NCBI GenBank assembly: GCA_050951805.1
Contig: JBMNJT010000008.1
Coordinates: 259,061-323,060, forward strand
Reading direction: 5' to 3'
From: Bacillota bacterium
GTDB lineage: Bacteria; Bacillota; DTU025
Length of the DNA stretch: 64,000 nt
The position numbers were made by a program, and so were the translations under genes. The notes below the pieces were generated by a model. It saw nothing but the letters and a program-made list of their open reading frames with translations, was not told the DNA's origin and searched no databases. This document shows, in pieces, positions 20,652-30,176 of the stretch (position 1 is the stretch's first letter; each line of letters starts with the position of its first letter).

Positions 20652-22214
20652 ATGCTAGTGAAAGCAGCGTTCCGGAGGGAGATTATGATGGTTAAGTCAG
20701 ACAAACGTCGACACAAAGGCCAGGATGACTTCGGGTCGAACCGAAGATCTCGGGCGCCTTTGGATGGGCGTCGGCAACTCAAGAAAGGACTACGGGGCGA
20801 TTCCTCTGTAAGCGAGGCAGAAGTTGATTGTTATGCACCAGTCGGGCCCGGACAGCAACTGGCTTTGACCATACATGGACTGACAAGTGAAGGCGAGGGT
20901 GTGGGACGCGCCAATAGTTTTGCGGTTTTCGTCCCTGGAGCTCTTGTTGGCGAGGAGATCGTGTGCACTGTGGAGACTGTGAAGAAGAACTTTGCCCGCG
21001 CCAAGCTTGACAGGGTAATTGTTCCTTCAGAGGAACGCGTTGAGGCAGTGTGCGATCTGTACCCGGCCTGTGGCGGGTGTCAGCTGCTTCACCTGAGCTA
21101 TGAAGGACAGCTGGCCGCGAAGAGGCAGAGGGTTGTGGATGCCGTTGCCAGAATTGGTGGGCTGGAGGAAGTAACGGTCCATCAGGTAATCGGCATGGTT
21201 GAGCCGTGGCGGTACAGAAACAAAGTGCAGTATCCTGTGGGGTGTTGTGGTGATCAATTGGTGACGGGCTGTTACATGAGCGGAAGCCACGAGGTTGTGC
21301 CCACCGAGGATTGCTATATACAGCACCCGGTGACCATGGGAGTAGTCGCGACTGTGCGTAGGCTTGCCGGAGAGTTCGGGCTTTCTGTGTATGAGGAAAA
21401 GTCGCATCGGGGGTTCTTCCGCCATGTGCTAGTCAAGTATGCCTACGGTACTGGCGAGGTAATGGTGGTGCTGGTAACCAATGGGGTTGGTTTCCCCGGA
21501 GGCCGAGGCGCCGAGTTCGGCAGCAGGATCGCTGCTGGGCATCGTGAGGTGAAGAGCGTAATACAGAACGTGAACATATCTCGTGGGAGCGCGGTGCTTG
21601 GAAGAGATAACGTAGTCCTGTGGGGAGAGGAGACTATAACTGACACCGTCGAAGATCTGGCTTTCCGTATATCGGCAACGTCGTTTTACCAAGTAAATCC
21701 CGTCCAGACTGTTACACTCTACAGAAAAGCTCTTGAATATGCCGGGCTCAATGGTACAGAGCGGGTGCTCGATGCATACTGCGGTGTTGGGACGCTTAGC
21801 CTGTTCTTGGCACGCGCAGCACGAGAGGTGTATGGGATAGAGTCAGTGGGAGCGGCTGTGCGTGATGCCAGGGCTAATGCAGATCTGAATGGAGCAGATA
21901 ATGTCCGGTTCATTGTCGGCCGAGTTGAGGATGTGCTTCCAAGGCTTGTGAGAGAGGGGCTGGCTTTTGATGTGGCAGTAGTGGATCCTCCAAGGTCGGG
22001 GTGTGATCCGGCGGTTCTGCAGGCATTGGCAGGAAAGGGGAGCGGCGGAGCAGGGGTAGGTAGAATCGTCTATGTGAGCTGCAACCCGGCTACCATGGCT
22101 AGGGATCTCAAGATTATGGGTGGACTGGGGTATACGACTTGCGAAATTCAGCCCGTGGATATGTTCCCTCATACATTCCACGTTGAGACGGTGGTATTGA
22201 TGTCAAGACTGTAA
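20652..22214 (+). CDS. rlmD: 23S rRNA (uracil-C5)-methyltransferase, RumA/RlmD type
   Basis: N-terminal TRAM-like domain. Fe-S cysteines (CDLYPACGGCQLLHL). SAM motif DAYCGVGTLSL. VDPPRSG. Catalytic YVSCNP. The stop coincides with the GC-to-AT compositional break. Confidence 0.85.
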   Translation: MLVKAAFRREIMMVKSDKRRHKGQDDFGSNRRSRAPLDGRRQLKKGLRGDSSVSEAEVDCYAPVGPGQQLALTIHGLTSEGEGVGRANSFAVFVPGALVGEEIVCTVETVKKNFARAKLDRVIVPSEERVEAVCDLYPACGGCQLLHLSYEGQLAAKRQRVVDAVARIGGLEEVTVHQVIGMVEPWRYRNKVQYPVGCCGDQLVTGCYMSGSHEVVPTEDCYIQHPVTMGVVATVRRLAGEFGLSVYEEKSHRGFFRHVLVKYAYGTGEVMVVLVTNGVGFPGGRGAEFGSRIAAGHREVKSVIQNVNISRGSAVLGRDNVVLWGEETITDTVEDLAFRISATSFYQVNPVQTVTLYRKALEYAGLNGTERVLDAYCGVGTLSLFLARAAREVYGIESVGAAVRDARANADLNGADNVRFIVGRVEDVLPRLVREGLAFDVAVVDPPRSGCDPAVLQALAGKGSGGAGVGRIVYVSCNPATMARDLKIMGGLGYTTCEIQPVDMFPHTFHVETVVLMSRL

Positions 22215-22631
22215 GCCTAGATTTTACTGGGTTTGCGGGATTACATCTAAGTTATCTACTCGACCTAAGGAGGTAAAATGAGTACATGGTAACATGTCGA
22301 TGGTATATTTTTATGCGAAAAATAAGCCTGAAATTAGATAGGGTTGAGTTGATAGTTTAGATAACGGGCATTTTTCATAGGGTTGAGGAGACAGGATGGA
22401 TATATCATCCAATACGTGTTATCGGTATTTTTAGTTTCTATATGTGGCTTTCCATAAAAAAATAAAAAACCTCTTACGAAATGGGATTATCGCTCTACAT
22501 GGAAAATCAATACCGCAATTTATCAATAGATAGGTATATCCTGCAAATAATATTGCGATCACAATAAAAAATACTGAAATTGCATAATAGTAAGTGTATG
22601 CTATAAATATAGGACGATGGAGGTGAAATAC

Positions 22632-22859
22632 GTGCCGGTAAGCTACAAAAAGCTGTGGAAACTGTTGATCGATAAAGACATGAAGAAAAAAGACCTTTGT
22701 AAAGCAGCAGGCATAAGTTCATCGTCTATAGTTAAGCTCAGCAAAAATGAGAATGTGACTACCGGAGTACTGGTCAAGATTTGCAAGGCGCTTAACTGTG
22801 ATATCGGAGATATCATGGAAATTGTTGATGGGCCGGATGAACAGCGCGACTGCAGGTAA
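22632..22859 (+). CDS. XRE-family helix-turn-helix transcriptional regulator
   Basis: PVSYKKLWKLLIDKDMKKKDLCKAAGISSSSIVKLSKNENVTTGVLVKICKALNCDIGDIME is a typical small Cro/C1-type HTH. GTG 22632 follows GGAGGTGA. It is the first gene of the AT-rich island, co-oriented with BREX. Confidence 0.75.
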   Translation: MPVSYKKLWKLLIDKDMKKKDLCKAAGISSSSIVKLSKNENVTTGVLVKICKALNCDIGDIMEIVDGPDEQRDCR

Positions 22860-22896
22860 GATAGCGTGACTAGAATAGAAAGAGAGTGGGGTTTGC

Positions 22897-23340
22897 TTGG
22901 GTACGTTAATAAAGAGTTCTCAATTCAGTAAAAAAATGCTTGAGAAAACAAATACACCGATTATACTTTGCTCTTCTGCGCCAAGATTGAAAAAGATTAT
23001 TGCCGAAGCTGGTTATCAAGAGCTCAGACTTAATGGATTATTGGCTGAAGCCCTTGTAAAAAAAGATGCAGCTATCAGGCCGCAGTTTGTTAGCGATGAA
23101 GCGATAAGAATTGTATCGTCCATACAAGGCCCGATTTTTCTGACAGACTACGAAATGCTGTTTGACCCGAGGTACAGCATTGATGTTATCAGATTTTTTT
23201 ATGAGCTGTCACGCAGAGCAAAAATTGTTATAAAGTGGTGCGGCACGTTGGACGATAACCACTTGGTATATGCAACACCGGCTTATAGGGATTTTCATTC
23301 ATATAACATTCATGACTATGATATAACTTGTGTAATCTGA
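22897..23340 (+). CDS. brxF: BrxF-like small protein (type 3 BREX)
   Basis: About 147 aa and directly upstream of the large P-loop ATPase, which is the position and size expected for BrxF. Only a degenerate Walker-B-like hhhhD (IFLTDYE) is visible and no clean Walker A. The assignment rests on synteny. Confidence 0.5.
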   Translation: MGTLIKSSQFSKKMLEKTNTPIILCSSAPRLKKIIAEAGYQELRLNGLLAEALVKKDAAIRPQFVSDEAIRIVSSIQGPIFLTDYEMLFDPRYSIDVIRFFYELSRRAKIVIKWCGTLDDNHLVYATPAYRDFHSYNIHDYDITCVI

Positions 23341-23354
23341 GGGGGTTTATTTTG

Positions 23355-26300
23355 ATGAAATACGCAGATTTGATAAACTTCAATCCAATCGAAAGCATTA
23401 TCCAGCTTACGGCGGCTAATGACAAGAAAGAAGCAATAAATCTGGTTAAAAGCTATGTCATGTCCGATGATATGGCGGACAAGCTAACCAATAATATGCT
23501 TTCACAGCTTCGGTTAGATGATGTGGTAGACAATAAAGGTGTTTTGCTGGTAGGTAACTACGGTACAGGTAAATCACACCTTATGTCGGTCATTTCTTCA
23601 ATAGCATACGATGCCGAAAACCTTGACTATGTACAAAACAAAAAGTTTGCCGAGGCTGCCAGGATCATTGCGGGGAAGTTTGAAGTTCTGCGTATTGAGA
23701 TAGGCGCATCAAAAATGTCCCTCAGGAACATCATCCTGACAAAAGTAAAGCAGGATTTTGCTGAACGTGGGCTCATCTTTGACTTCCCTGATGAAAAGGA
23801 TATTATCTCAAATAAAGATGTGCTCCTGACCATGATGGATTTGTTTTCATCCAAATATACCGACAAAGGATACCTGATTGTGGTGGATGAGTTCCTCGAC
23901 TATCTTGGCGGCCGTAAAAGCCAGGAGATTAAGCTCGACTTGGGCTTCATGCGCGAGCTGGGAGAAATTATTAAAACTTCCCGTTTAAGAGCTATTTTCG
24001 GAGTACAGGAAAAACTTTTTGATAACCCCAGCTTTTCATTTGTATCCAATACTTTAAACCGGGTAAAGGATAGGTTTGAGCAAGTCATCATTCGTAAGGA
24101 AGATACGGCCTATGTTGTATCTGAAAGAATACTGAAGAAGACTCCTGAACAGAAGGCGCTGATCCGTGAGCACTTGCAAAAGTTCTGCAGTCTGTATACC
24201 AATATGTCGGAGCGCATGGAGGAGTACGTTGACCTGTTCCCTATTCATCCTTCATATATTGAAGTTTTTAACAAGATTTACATTATTGAGAACCGTCATA
24301 TACTAAAAAACATTTCGGAGATCATCAGGCGGATACTTGACGATGAAATTACTGATGAATCTCCCGGCATTGTATCATTTGACAGCTACTGGTCCTTTAT
24401 CAAGGAAAACCTTGCCCTTAAAACAGATGCCAATATTAAAGAAGTCGTTGAAAAGAGCGGCATGCTGGAGGATATCGTCAACCGTTCATTTCCTAAACGT
24501 CTTTATAAACCTTTGGCCTTGCAGATAATATATGCTTTAAGCGTACATAGATTAACCACCGGTGACATCAGTATCCGTGCGGGACTTACTGCAGAAAACC
24601 TAAGGGATGACCTCTGTTTATATTTAAAAGGCATGCCAGACCAAAGCTCGGATACTTTGCAATCTTTGATTCAAACGGTTCTGAAGGATATAATGACCAC
24701 TGTCAGCGGGCAGTTTATTGAACATAATGCAGATAACGGCCAATACTATCTGGACTTGAAAAAAGATATCGACTACGACGAAAAAATCACGCAAAGAGCG
24801 GCTATTATGGATGATGACAGTCTGAATAGCTATTTTTATGATGTAGTTTATTATTGCTTAGAGTGGGATCAGAAAGAATATGTTGATAATTTCAAAATCT
24901 ATGAACACCGGTTAAACTGGGTGTCTCATGCTATTTTTCGCTCAGGCTACCTATTCTTTGGCACACCTGAATCGCGTCCGACTGCTCAGCCGCCAGAGGA
25001 TTATTACATATACTTTATTCCTCCCTATGGCAATGAGAGCTATACGGATGACAAGAAGGACGATGAGGTCTTTTTCCTGTTTAAACCCAACGAAGACTTC
25101 AAGAACACGCTGAAGTTATATGGTGCTGCTCAAATACTGAAAGATTTGGCCGAAGAAAAAAATAAGCCTGCCTATCAAAACAAAGCTGAAGTTTTCAAGA
25201 AAAAGCTGACGAAATACCTGAGCGAAAATAAGAATACTTGCTTTGAAGTAATCTATAAGGGCGAAAAGAAGCAGCTGATGGAAGTGATGAAGGGACAATA
25301 TAAGAGCACCAACCCGTTCAAAGAAACCATTGATCTGGTTGCTTCCATCTGTTTGGACGAATACTTTACGAAAAAGTATCCTGAGATGCCGAAATTCAAA
25401 ATTCAGATTACGCACCGCAACCGGGCAGATATTATCCGTGCAGGCATTGACAGGTTTGCAGGGCGAAAGAACCAACAGGCAAACGCCTTGCTTGAAAGTT
25501 TTGATTTACTTGACGGTGAAAAAATTACCGTTCAAAACTCCAAGTATGCACAATACTTTATCAAAGAGCTGGAAAAGATTCCTGCCAAAGCAGTTATCAA
25601 TTTCAGTGACATTTATACTGAAGTTCAAAATAAAGATGAATATTACCTAGACAAGCGGTTCGGAATCAGCTATGCTCTTTTGCCAATTGTCTTGCTTGCA
25701 TTGGTTCATACAGGCCATGCCGTCATTGCTTTAAGGAACGGCACTACCCTGACTGCCTCTGATTTGGAATCATTGCCCAAGATATCAGCCCTTGATATCT
25801 ATGAGTTTAAGTACATTTCCAAGCCGAAGGACATGCAGCTGGCAGAGTTGGTCAGGCTGTATGAGCTGCTGGAGCTCCCTGTTGGCCTTATCAACAATCC
25901 TGCCCAGCGGGAGGCCGGGCTTGAACAGATGCTTGCCAGAGCACAGGAGATGGCCAATGTTGCGGTCAGGGCCAACAGCAAGCTGAACGGAGAATTTGAG
26001 CTTTGGGGCGAACCGCTGATTGCCGACCATCTTGCTTCGGATTATAAGGCTTCTGCTAAGAGGGTGCTGGACATATTTGGGAACTTCCAGAGCAGGTTCA
26101 ATACCGTGGCCAAGCTCAATAACTTTAATTACACAATGGAACAGATTGAGCAGCTTGGCAAGGATATTGCTGCATCAAAAATTGTTCTGGAATACGAAAA
26201 ATTCAGGAACGACTGCCTTGCCAATGTCAATTACATGATGAATTTGGAACGCATGGAGCTTGGTGCTGCCTTAAGAGCAGAGATTGAAGCCGCCAAGGAA

Positions 26301-26993
26301 AACTTCCGCAAGATTAGAGATGACATACCTCAGGACATGAGCGGCGAGGCTGCTGCAGCGGATGTGAACAGTCTGCTGGTAAAAGTCAAAAACCAGTATA
26401 TTGACATCTACTTTGCAGAGCATCAGAAAAAACGTCTCGGAGTTTCCGATGGCCAGCGTAAGGGTGAACTGGTCGGGTCGGCAAAACTAGCTAATTTAAA
26501 GCGCTTGAAAGCAATCAATAATATTTTTTCGGCATCTAAACTGGACAGCATTGAAAAGGATCTGGCCGGGCTCAAAGTCTGCTATGAGCTGACTCCTGAT
26601 ATGCTGAAAACGAACCATTTCTGCACGAAATGCAATTTCTTGATGGGTGAAGCCGATATTCCGGTAAAAGGCAGGCTTGAAGAGATTGAAGACCGGATTG
26701 ACAGCCTGCTTGCCGAATGGACGAATACCCTGTTTAATACGGTTACGGACCCAACCATTGAAGAGCAGAAGCAATATCTAAGCCCGGAACAGCGCAAGGC
26801 AATTGATGCCTTTATAGAAACCAAGACCTTGCCCGAAAAGATTGACCAGTTCTTTATTACTGCTATTGAGGATCTGTTGCAAGGTTTTGAACCTGTCGCC
26901 ATTGCGGCCGACGAACTCATTGACAAGCTCGGTGCGTTCGGGCCGTGCGATATTGATACCTTCCAGCACAAACTGAAAGCCTCTGCTGGATAG
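23355..26993 (+). CDS. brxC: BrxC-like large P-loop ATPase (type 3 BREX)
   Basis: 1212 aa. Walker A LLVGNYGTGKSHL and Walker B LIVVDEFLDY near the N-terminus, followed by a long helical C-terminal region. Its position between brxF and the methyltransferase supports the call. Confidence 0.75.
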   Translation: MKYADLINFNPIESIIQLTAANDKKEAINLVKSYVMSDDMADKLTNNMLSQLRLDDVVDNKGVLLVGNYGTGKSHLMSVISSIAYDAENLDYVQNKKFAEAARIIAGKFEVLRIEIGASKMSLRNIILTKVKQDFAERGLIFDFPDEKDIISNKDVLLTMMDLFSSKYTDKGYLIVVDEFLDYLGGRKSQEIKLDLGFMRELGEIIKTSRLRAIFGVQEKLFDNPSFSFVSNTLNRVKDRFEQVIIRKEDTAYVVSERILKKTPEQKALIREHLQKFCSLYTNMSERMEEYVDLFPIHPSYIEVFNKIYIIENRHILKNISEIIRRILDDEITDESPGIVSFDSYWSFIKENLALKTDANIKEVVEKSGMLEDIVNRSFPKRLYKPLALQIIYALSVHRLTTGDISIRAGLTAENLRDDLCLYLKGMPDQSSDTLQSLIQTVLKDIMTTVSGQFIEHNADNGQYYLDLKKDIDYDEKITQRAAIMDDDSLNSYFYDVVYYCLEWDQKEYVDNFKIYEHRLNWVSHAIFRSGYLFFGTPESRPTAQPPEDYYIYFIPPYGNESYTDDKKDDEVFFLFKPNEDFKNTLKLYGAAQILKDLAEEKNKPAYQNKAEVFKKKLTKYLSENKNTCFEVIYKGEKKQLMEVMKGQYKSTNPFKETIDLVASICLDEYFTKKYPEMPKFKIQITHRNRADIIRAGIDRFAGRKNQQANALLESFDLLDGEKITVQNSKYAQYFIKELEKIPAKAVINFSDIYTEVQNKDEYYLDKRFGISYALLPIVLLALVHTGHAVIALRNGTTLTASDLESLPKISALDIYEFKYISKPKDMQLAELVRLYELLELPVGLINNPAQREAGLEQMLARAQEMANVAVRANSKLNGEFELWGEPLIADHLASDYKASAKRVLDIFGNFQSRFNTVAKLNNFNYTMEQIEQLGKDIAASKIVLEYEKFRNDCLANVNYMMNLERMELGAALRAEIEAAKENFRKIRDDIPQDMSGEAAAADVNSLLVKVKNQYIDIYFAEHQKKRLGVSDGQRKGELVGSAKLANLKRLKAINNIFSASKLDSIEKDLAGLKVCYELTPDMLKTNHFCTKCNFLMGEADIPVKGRLEEIEDRIDSLLAEWTNTLFNTVTDPTIEEQKQYLSPEQRKAIDAFIETKTLPEKIDQFFITAIEDLLQGFEPVAIAADELIDKLGAFGPCDIDTFQHKLKASAG

Positions 26994-27057
26994 CTATACT
27001 AGGGGCAAAGATAAAGAGAAGCTGCGCATTATTGTAAAAAGATAAGGAGAAACTGTT

Positions 27058-29580
27058 ATGAAACTGACCAAGGAAGATATTGATAAGGTACGTCATATTG
27101 AGGGCTTCCCTATAGCCAAGGACGAGGATATTATTGCTCTATCCAATCCTCCCTATTATACAGCATGCCCTAACCCGTTTATTGAGGATTTTATAAAAGA
27201 ACATGGCAAGCCTTATGATGAAGCGACTGACGATTATCATAGGGAACCGTTTGCTGCGGATGTAAGCGAAGGTAAGAATGACTCGATATATAATGCCCAT
27301 AGTTATCATACTAAAGTGCCTTACAAGGCCATTATGCGTTATATTCTTCATTATACAGAACCAGGTGACATCGTATTTGATGGATTCTGTGGTACTGGAA
27401 TGACAGGTGTTGCTGCACAAATGTGTGAAAATCCTGAACTGGAATTCAAGGCCAAAATCGAAGCCGAAATGCCCTATGTGAAATGGGGGGCACGCAAAGC
27501 CATATTAAACGACCTTTCACCTGCCGCAACCTTTATAGCCTATAACTATAATACACCTGTTGATGTTGTAGAATTCGAAAAAGAAGCAAAGCGTATTCTT
27601 GCTGAATGTGAAAAAGAATGTGGGTGGATGTATGAAACGCAGCATACAGTTGACGGTAAGCTGCAGTATGGAATAGATGAAAAGCCGATAATAGGACGCA
27701 TCAACTACACGGTTTGGAGCGACGTGTTCATCTGCCCCACCTGTTCCAATGAAATTGTGTTTTGGGACGCGGCTGTTGACAAGAAAAATGGCAAGGTCAA
27801 TGACACCTTTTTTTGCCCTCATTGCCGCAGCGAGCTGACCAAACGCAGCTGCGCACGAGCCCAGGAAACACATTTTGATACACGGCTGAATGAATTTGTC
27901 ACCATGGCCAAGCAGGTACCGGTTTTAATCAATTACTCGGTGGGTAAGAAACGGTTCGAAAAAAAGCCGGATGAGTTTGACCTGGCGTTGATTGAAAAAA
28001 TTGATAATATGGAAATACCTTATTGGTATCCGACGGATGAATTGCCAAAAGGAGATAAAACACGTGAGCCGATACGCCTGGGAATTACCCATGTGCATCA
28101 GTTTTATACGAGAAGGAATTTGGCGGTATTGGCAACATATTTAAGTAAAATTGCATCTGTAAAGTATATTTTATCTGTCACTGCTTCATTGTATCGTTCT
28201 ACAAAAATGTATAAATTTACTTTGGACCGAAAAATGGGTACCGTTAGCGGAACACTGTATATACCTTCCCTTAATGTCGAAAATTCACTATTTAAGTTAC
28301 TTGATCGAAAGATAAATGATAGTTCTAAGGCATTGCAGATTACTCAGAGCTTTCAAAACTTTATACAATGCTGCTCAACTGTTAATTTGTCAACAATACA
28401 GGAAAATACAATAGATTATATATTTACTGATCCTCCATTTGGCGGCAACCTAAACTATTCCGAACTGAACTTTATATGGGAATCATGGCTGAAAGTATTT
28501 ACCAACCAAAAACAAGAAGCTATTATGAGCACTGTTCAGGGAAAAGGATTGCTGGAGTATCAGTCGCTAATGACTCAATGCTTCACTGAGTGTTACCGCA
28601 TCCTGAAACCGGGCCGTTGGATGACGGTGGAATTCCATAATTCACGAAACTCCGTCTGGAACGCTATTCAGGAATCATTGATGCGAGCAGGCTTCATTAT
28701 CGCGGATGTGCGAACAATCAACAAGCAGCAAGGAAGTTTTAACCAAGTTACGACCACGTCGGCTGTTAAGCAAGACCTTGTAATTTCAGCATATAAACCA
28801 AAGGAAAGTTTTAAGCGTGAGTTTATTTCCCACGCTGGAAGCGAAGAAACAGCATGGAGTTTTGTACGACAGCATCTTGAAAATTTACCCGTAGTTGTTG
28901 TTAAGAACGGAAAAATTGAACTAATAGCAGAACGCCAGGCATTCCTGCTCTATGACCGTATGGTGGCGTATCATATTATGAATGGAATAGCTGTTCCATT
29001 GGACGCAACAGACTTTTATAAAGGCTTGGACGAAAGGTTCTTGAAGCGTGACGGGATGTACTTCCTGGCTGACCAAGTCAACGAATATGATACGGCCCGT
29101 ATTGTTAACGATGTGGAGCCGGTTCAGTTTGAGCTTTTTGTCACCAATGAGAAGTCTGCCATTGCATGGCTTTACCAGCAGCTTGAGACACCGCAGACAT
29201 ATGCCGAACTCCAGCCGAAGTTTATGCAGGAAATAAAAGCCTGGGATAAGTTTGAAGTAAGGCCTGAGCTGGCAGTATTGCTTGAAGAAAATTTCTTGCA
29301 GGACGATAAGGGCAGGTGGTATATTCCGGACATTACAAAGGCTGCCGATGTGGCCAAGCTCCGGGAAAAGAAATTGCTTAAAGAATTCGAGGGCTATTTA
29401 GCTACCAAAGGCAAGCTCAAACTCTTTCGTACGGAAGCAATAAGGGTGGGCTTTGCAAAGCTCTGGGCTGATAAGAACTATAAGCTAATTGTCGAAACCG
29501 CGGAACGCTTGCCAGAAAATGTTATCCAGGAAGACGACAAGCTGCTTATGTACTATGATATCAGTTTAGGAAGGATTTGA
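27058..29580 (+). CDS. pglXI: PglXI-like DNA methyltransferase with internal zinc ribbon (type 3 BREX)
   Basis: SAM-binding FDGFCGTGMTG. Catalytic FTDPPFGGN (an amino-methyltransferase D/N-PP-F/Y motif). Zinc ribbon CPTC...CPHC. 840 aa. Confidence 0.8.
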   Translation: MKLTKEDIDKVRHIEGFPIAKDEDIIALSNPPYYTACPNPFIEDFIKEHGKPYDEATDDYHREPFAADVSEGKNDSIYNAHSYHTKVPYKAIMRYILHYTEPGDIVFDGFCGTGMTGVAAQMCENPELEFKAKIEAEMPYVKWGARKAILNDLSPAATFIAYNYNTPVDVVEFEKEAKRILAECEKECGWMYETQHTVDGKLQYGIDEKPIIGRINYTVWSDVFICPTCSNEIVFWDAAVDKKNGKVNDTFFCPHCRSELTKRSCARAQETHFDTRLNEFVTMAKQVPVLINYSVGKKRFEKKPDEFDLALIEKIDNMEIPYWYPTDELPKGDKTREPIRLGITHVHQFYTRRNLAVLATYLSKIASVKYILSVTASLYRSTKMYKFTLDRKMGTVSGTLYIPSLNVENSLFKLLDRKINDSSKALQITQSFQNFIQCCSTVNLSTIQENTIDYIFTDPPFGGNLNYSELNFIWESWLKVFTNQKQEAIMSTVQGKGLLEYQSLMTQCFTECYRILKPGRWMTVEFHNSRNSVWNAIQESLMRAGFIIADVRTINKQQGSFNQVTTTSAVKQDLVISAYKPKESFKREFISHAGSEETAWSFVRQHLENLPVVVVKNGKIELIAERQAFLLYDRMVAYHIMNGIAVPLDATDFYKGLDERFLKRDGMYFLADQVNEYDTARIVNDVEPVQFELFVTNEKSAIAWLYQQLETPQTYAELQPKFMQEIKAWDKFEVRPELAVLLEENFLQDDKGRWYIPDITKAADVAKLREKKLLKEFEGYLATKGKLKLFRTEAIRVGFAKLWADKNYKLIVETAERLPENVIQEDDKLLMYYDISLGRI

Positions 29581-29589
29581 GGTGGCTCA

Positions 29590-30150
29590 ATGATTACCTG
29601 GTTAAACGCAAATCAAGGCTTTGTAATGTGTTTGCTTACATTTGTATATGTTCTGGCAACAATTGCAATTGTAGTTATGAATAATATGACCATTAAAGAG
29701 ATGAAAGAAGCGAGAGCCGCTGAGAGCCGCCCTTACGTTTTTGTAAGCCTTCATAAAGATCCCAGAGATGTGTGCTTTTATCTACGTGTGAAAAACCACG
29801 GAAAGACCGGTGCAATAATAAATAGGCTACAAATTACACCTATTATCAAACTTGTGGATATTGAAGAAAAGAGTAATTTCTTAGAAAGAAGTATCTTGGC
29901 TCCAAACCAAACGCTTCAATTTATTGTTTTGGAAAAATGGGAAGAAACTTGTGAAAAGGATTATAACGTGGAAATTGAATATACAATGGTCGGGGATGCA
30001 AATAGTAGCTTTCACGAGCAGTATGCTTTGGTGGTTCAATATGCACATCAAATGGGATATACAGACAGGAGCAATAGCAATCTTAGTAACTCGGAGAACT
30101 CATTAAAAAGTATTGCGGAACACTTGGATTCAATTAGAAGTAAACTTTAG
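29590..30150 (+). CDS. hypothetical single-pass membrane protein embedded in the BREX operon
   Basis: GAGGTGG RBS 7 nt upstream of the ATG. N-terminal hydrophobic helix (FVMCLLTFVYVLATIAIVVM) followed by a beta-rich soluble domain of about 150 aa. No family recognised. Confidence 0.6.
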   Translation: MITWLNANQGFVMCLLTFVYVLATIAIVVMNNMTIKEMKEARAAESRPYVFVSLHKDPRDVCFYLRVKNHGKTGAIINRLQITPIIKLVDIEEKSNFLERSILAPNQTLQFIVLEKWEETCEKDYNVEIEYTMVGDANSSFHEQYALVVQYAHQMGYTDRSNSNLSNSENSLKSIAEHLDSIRSKL

Positions 30151-30176
30151 TATTATGAAACGCAAAGGAATTGAGT

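Noticed and set aside
22300-22620. Minus-strand ORF 22507-22722 and AT-rich repeats at the island's left end, considered as a possible gene or CRISPR-like array.
   Set aside because: The ORF is low-complexity and overlaps the XRE gene start. There are no regularly spaced direct repeats. No CRISPR array was seen anywhere in the window.
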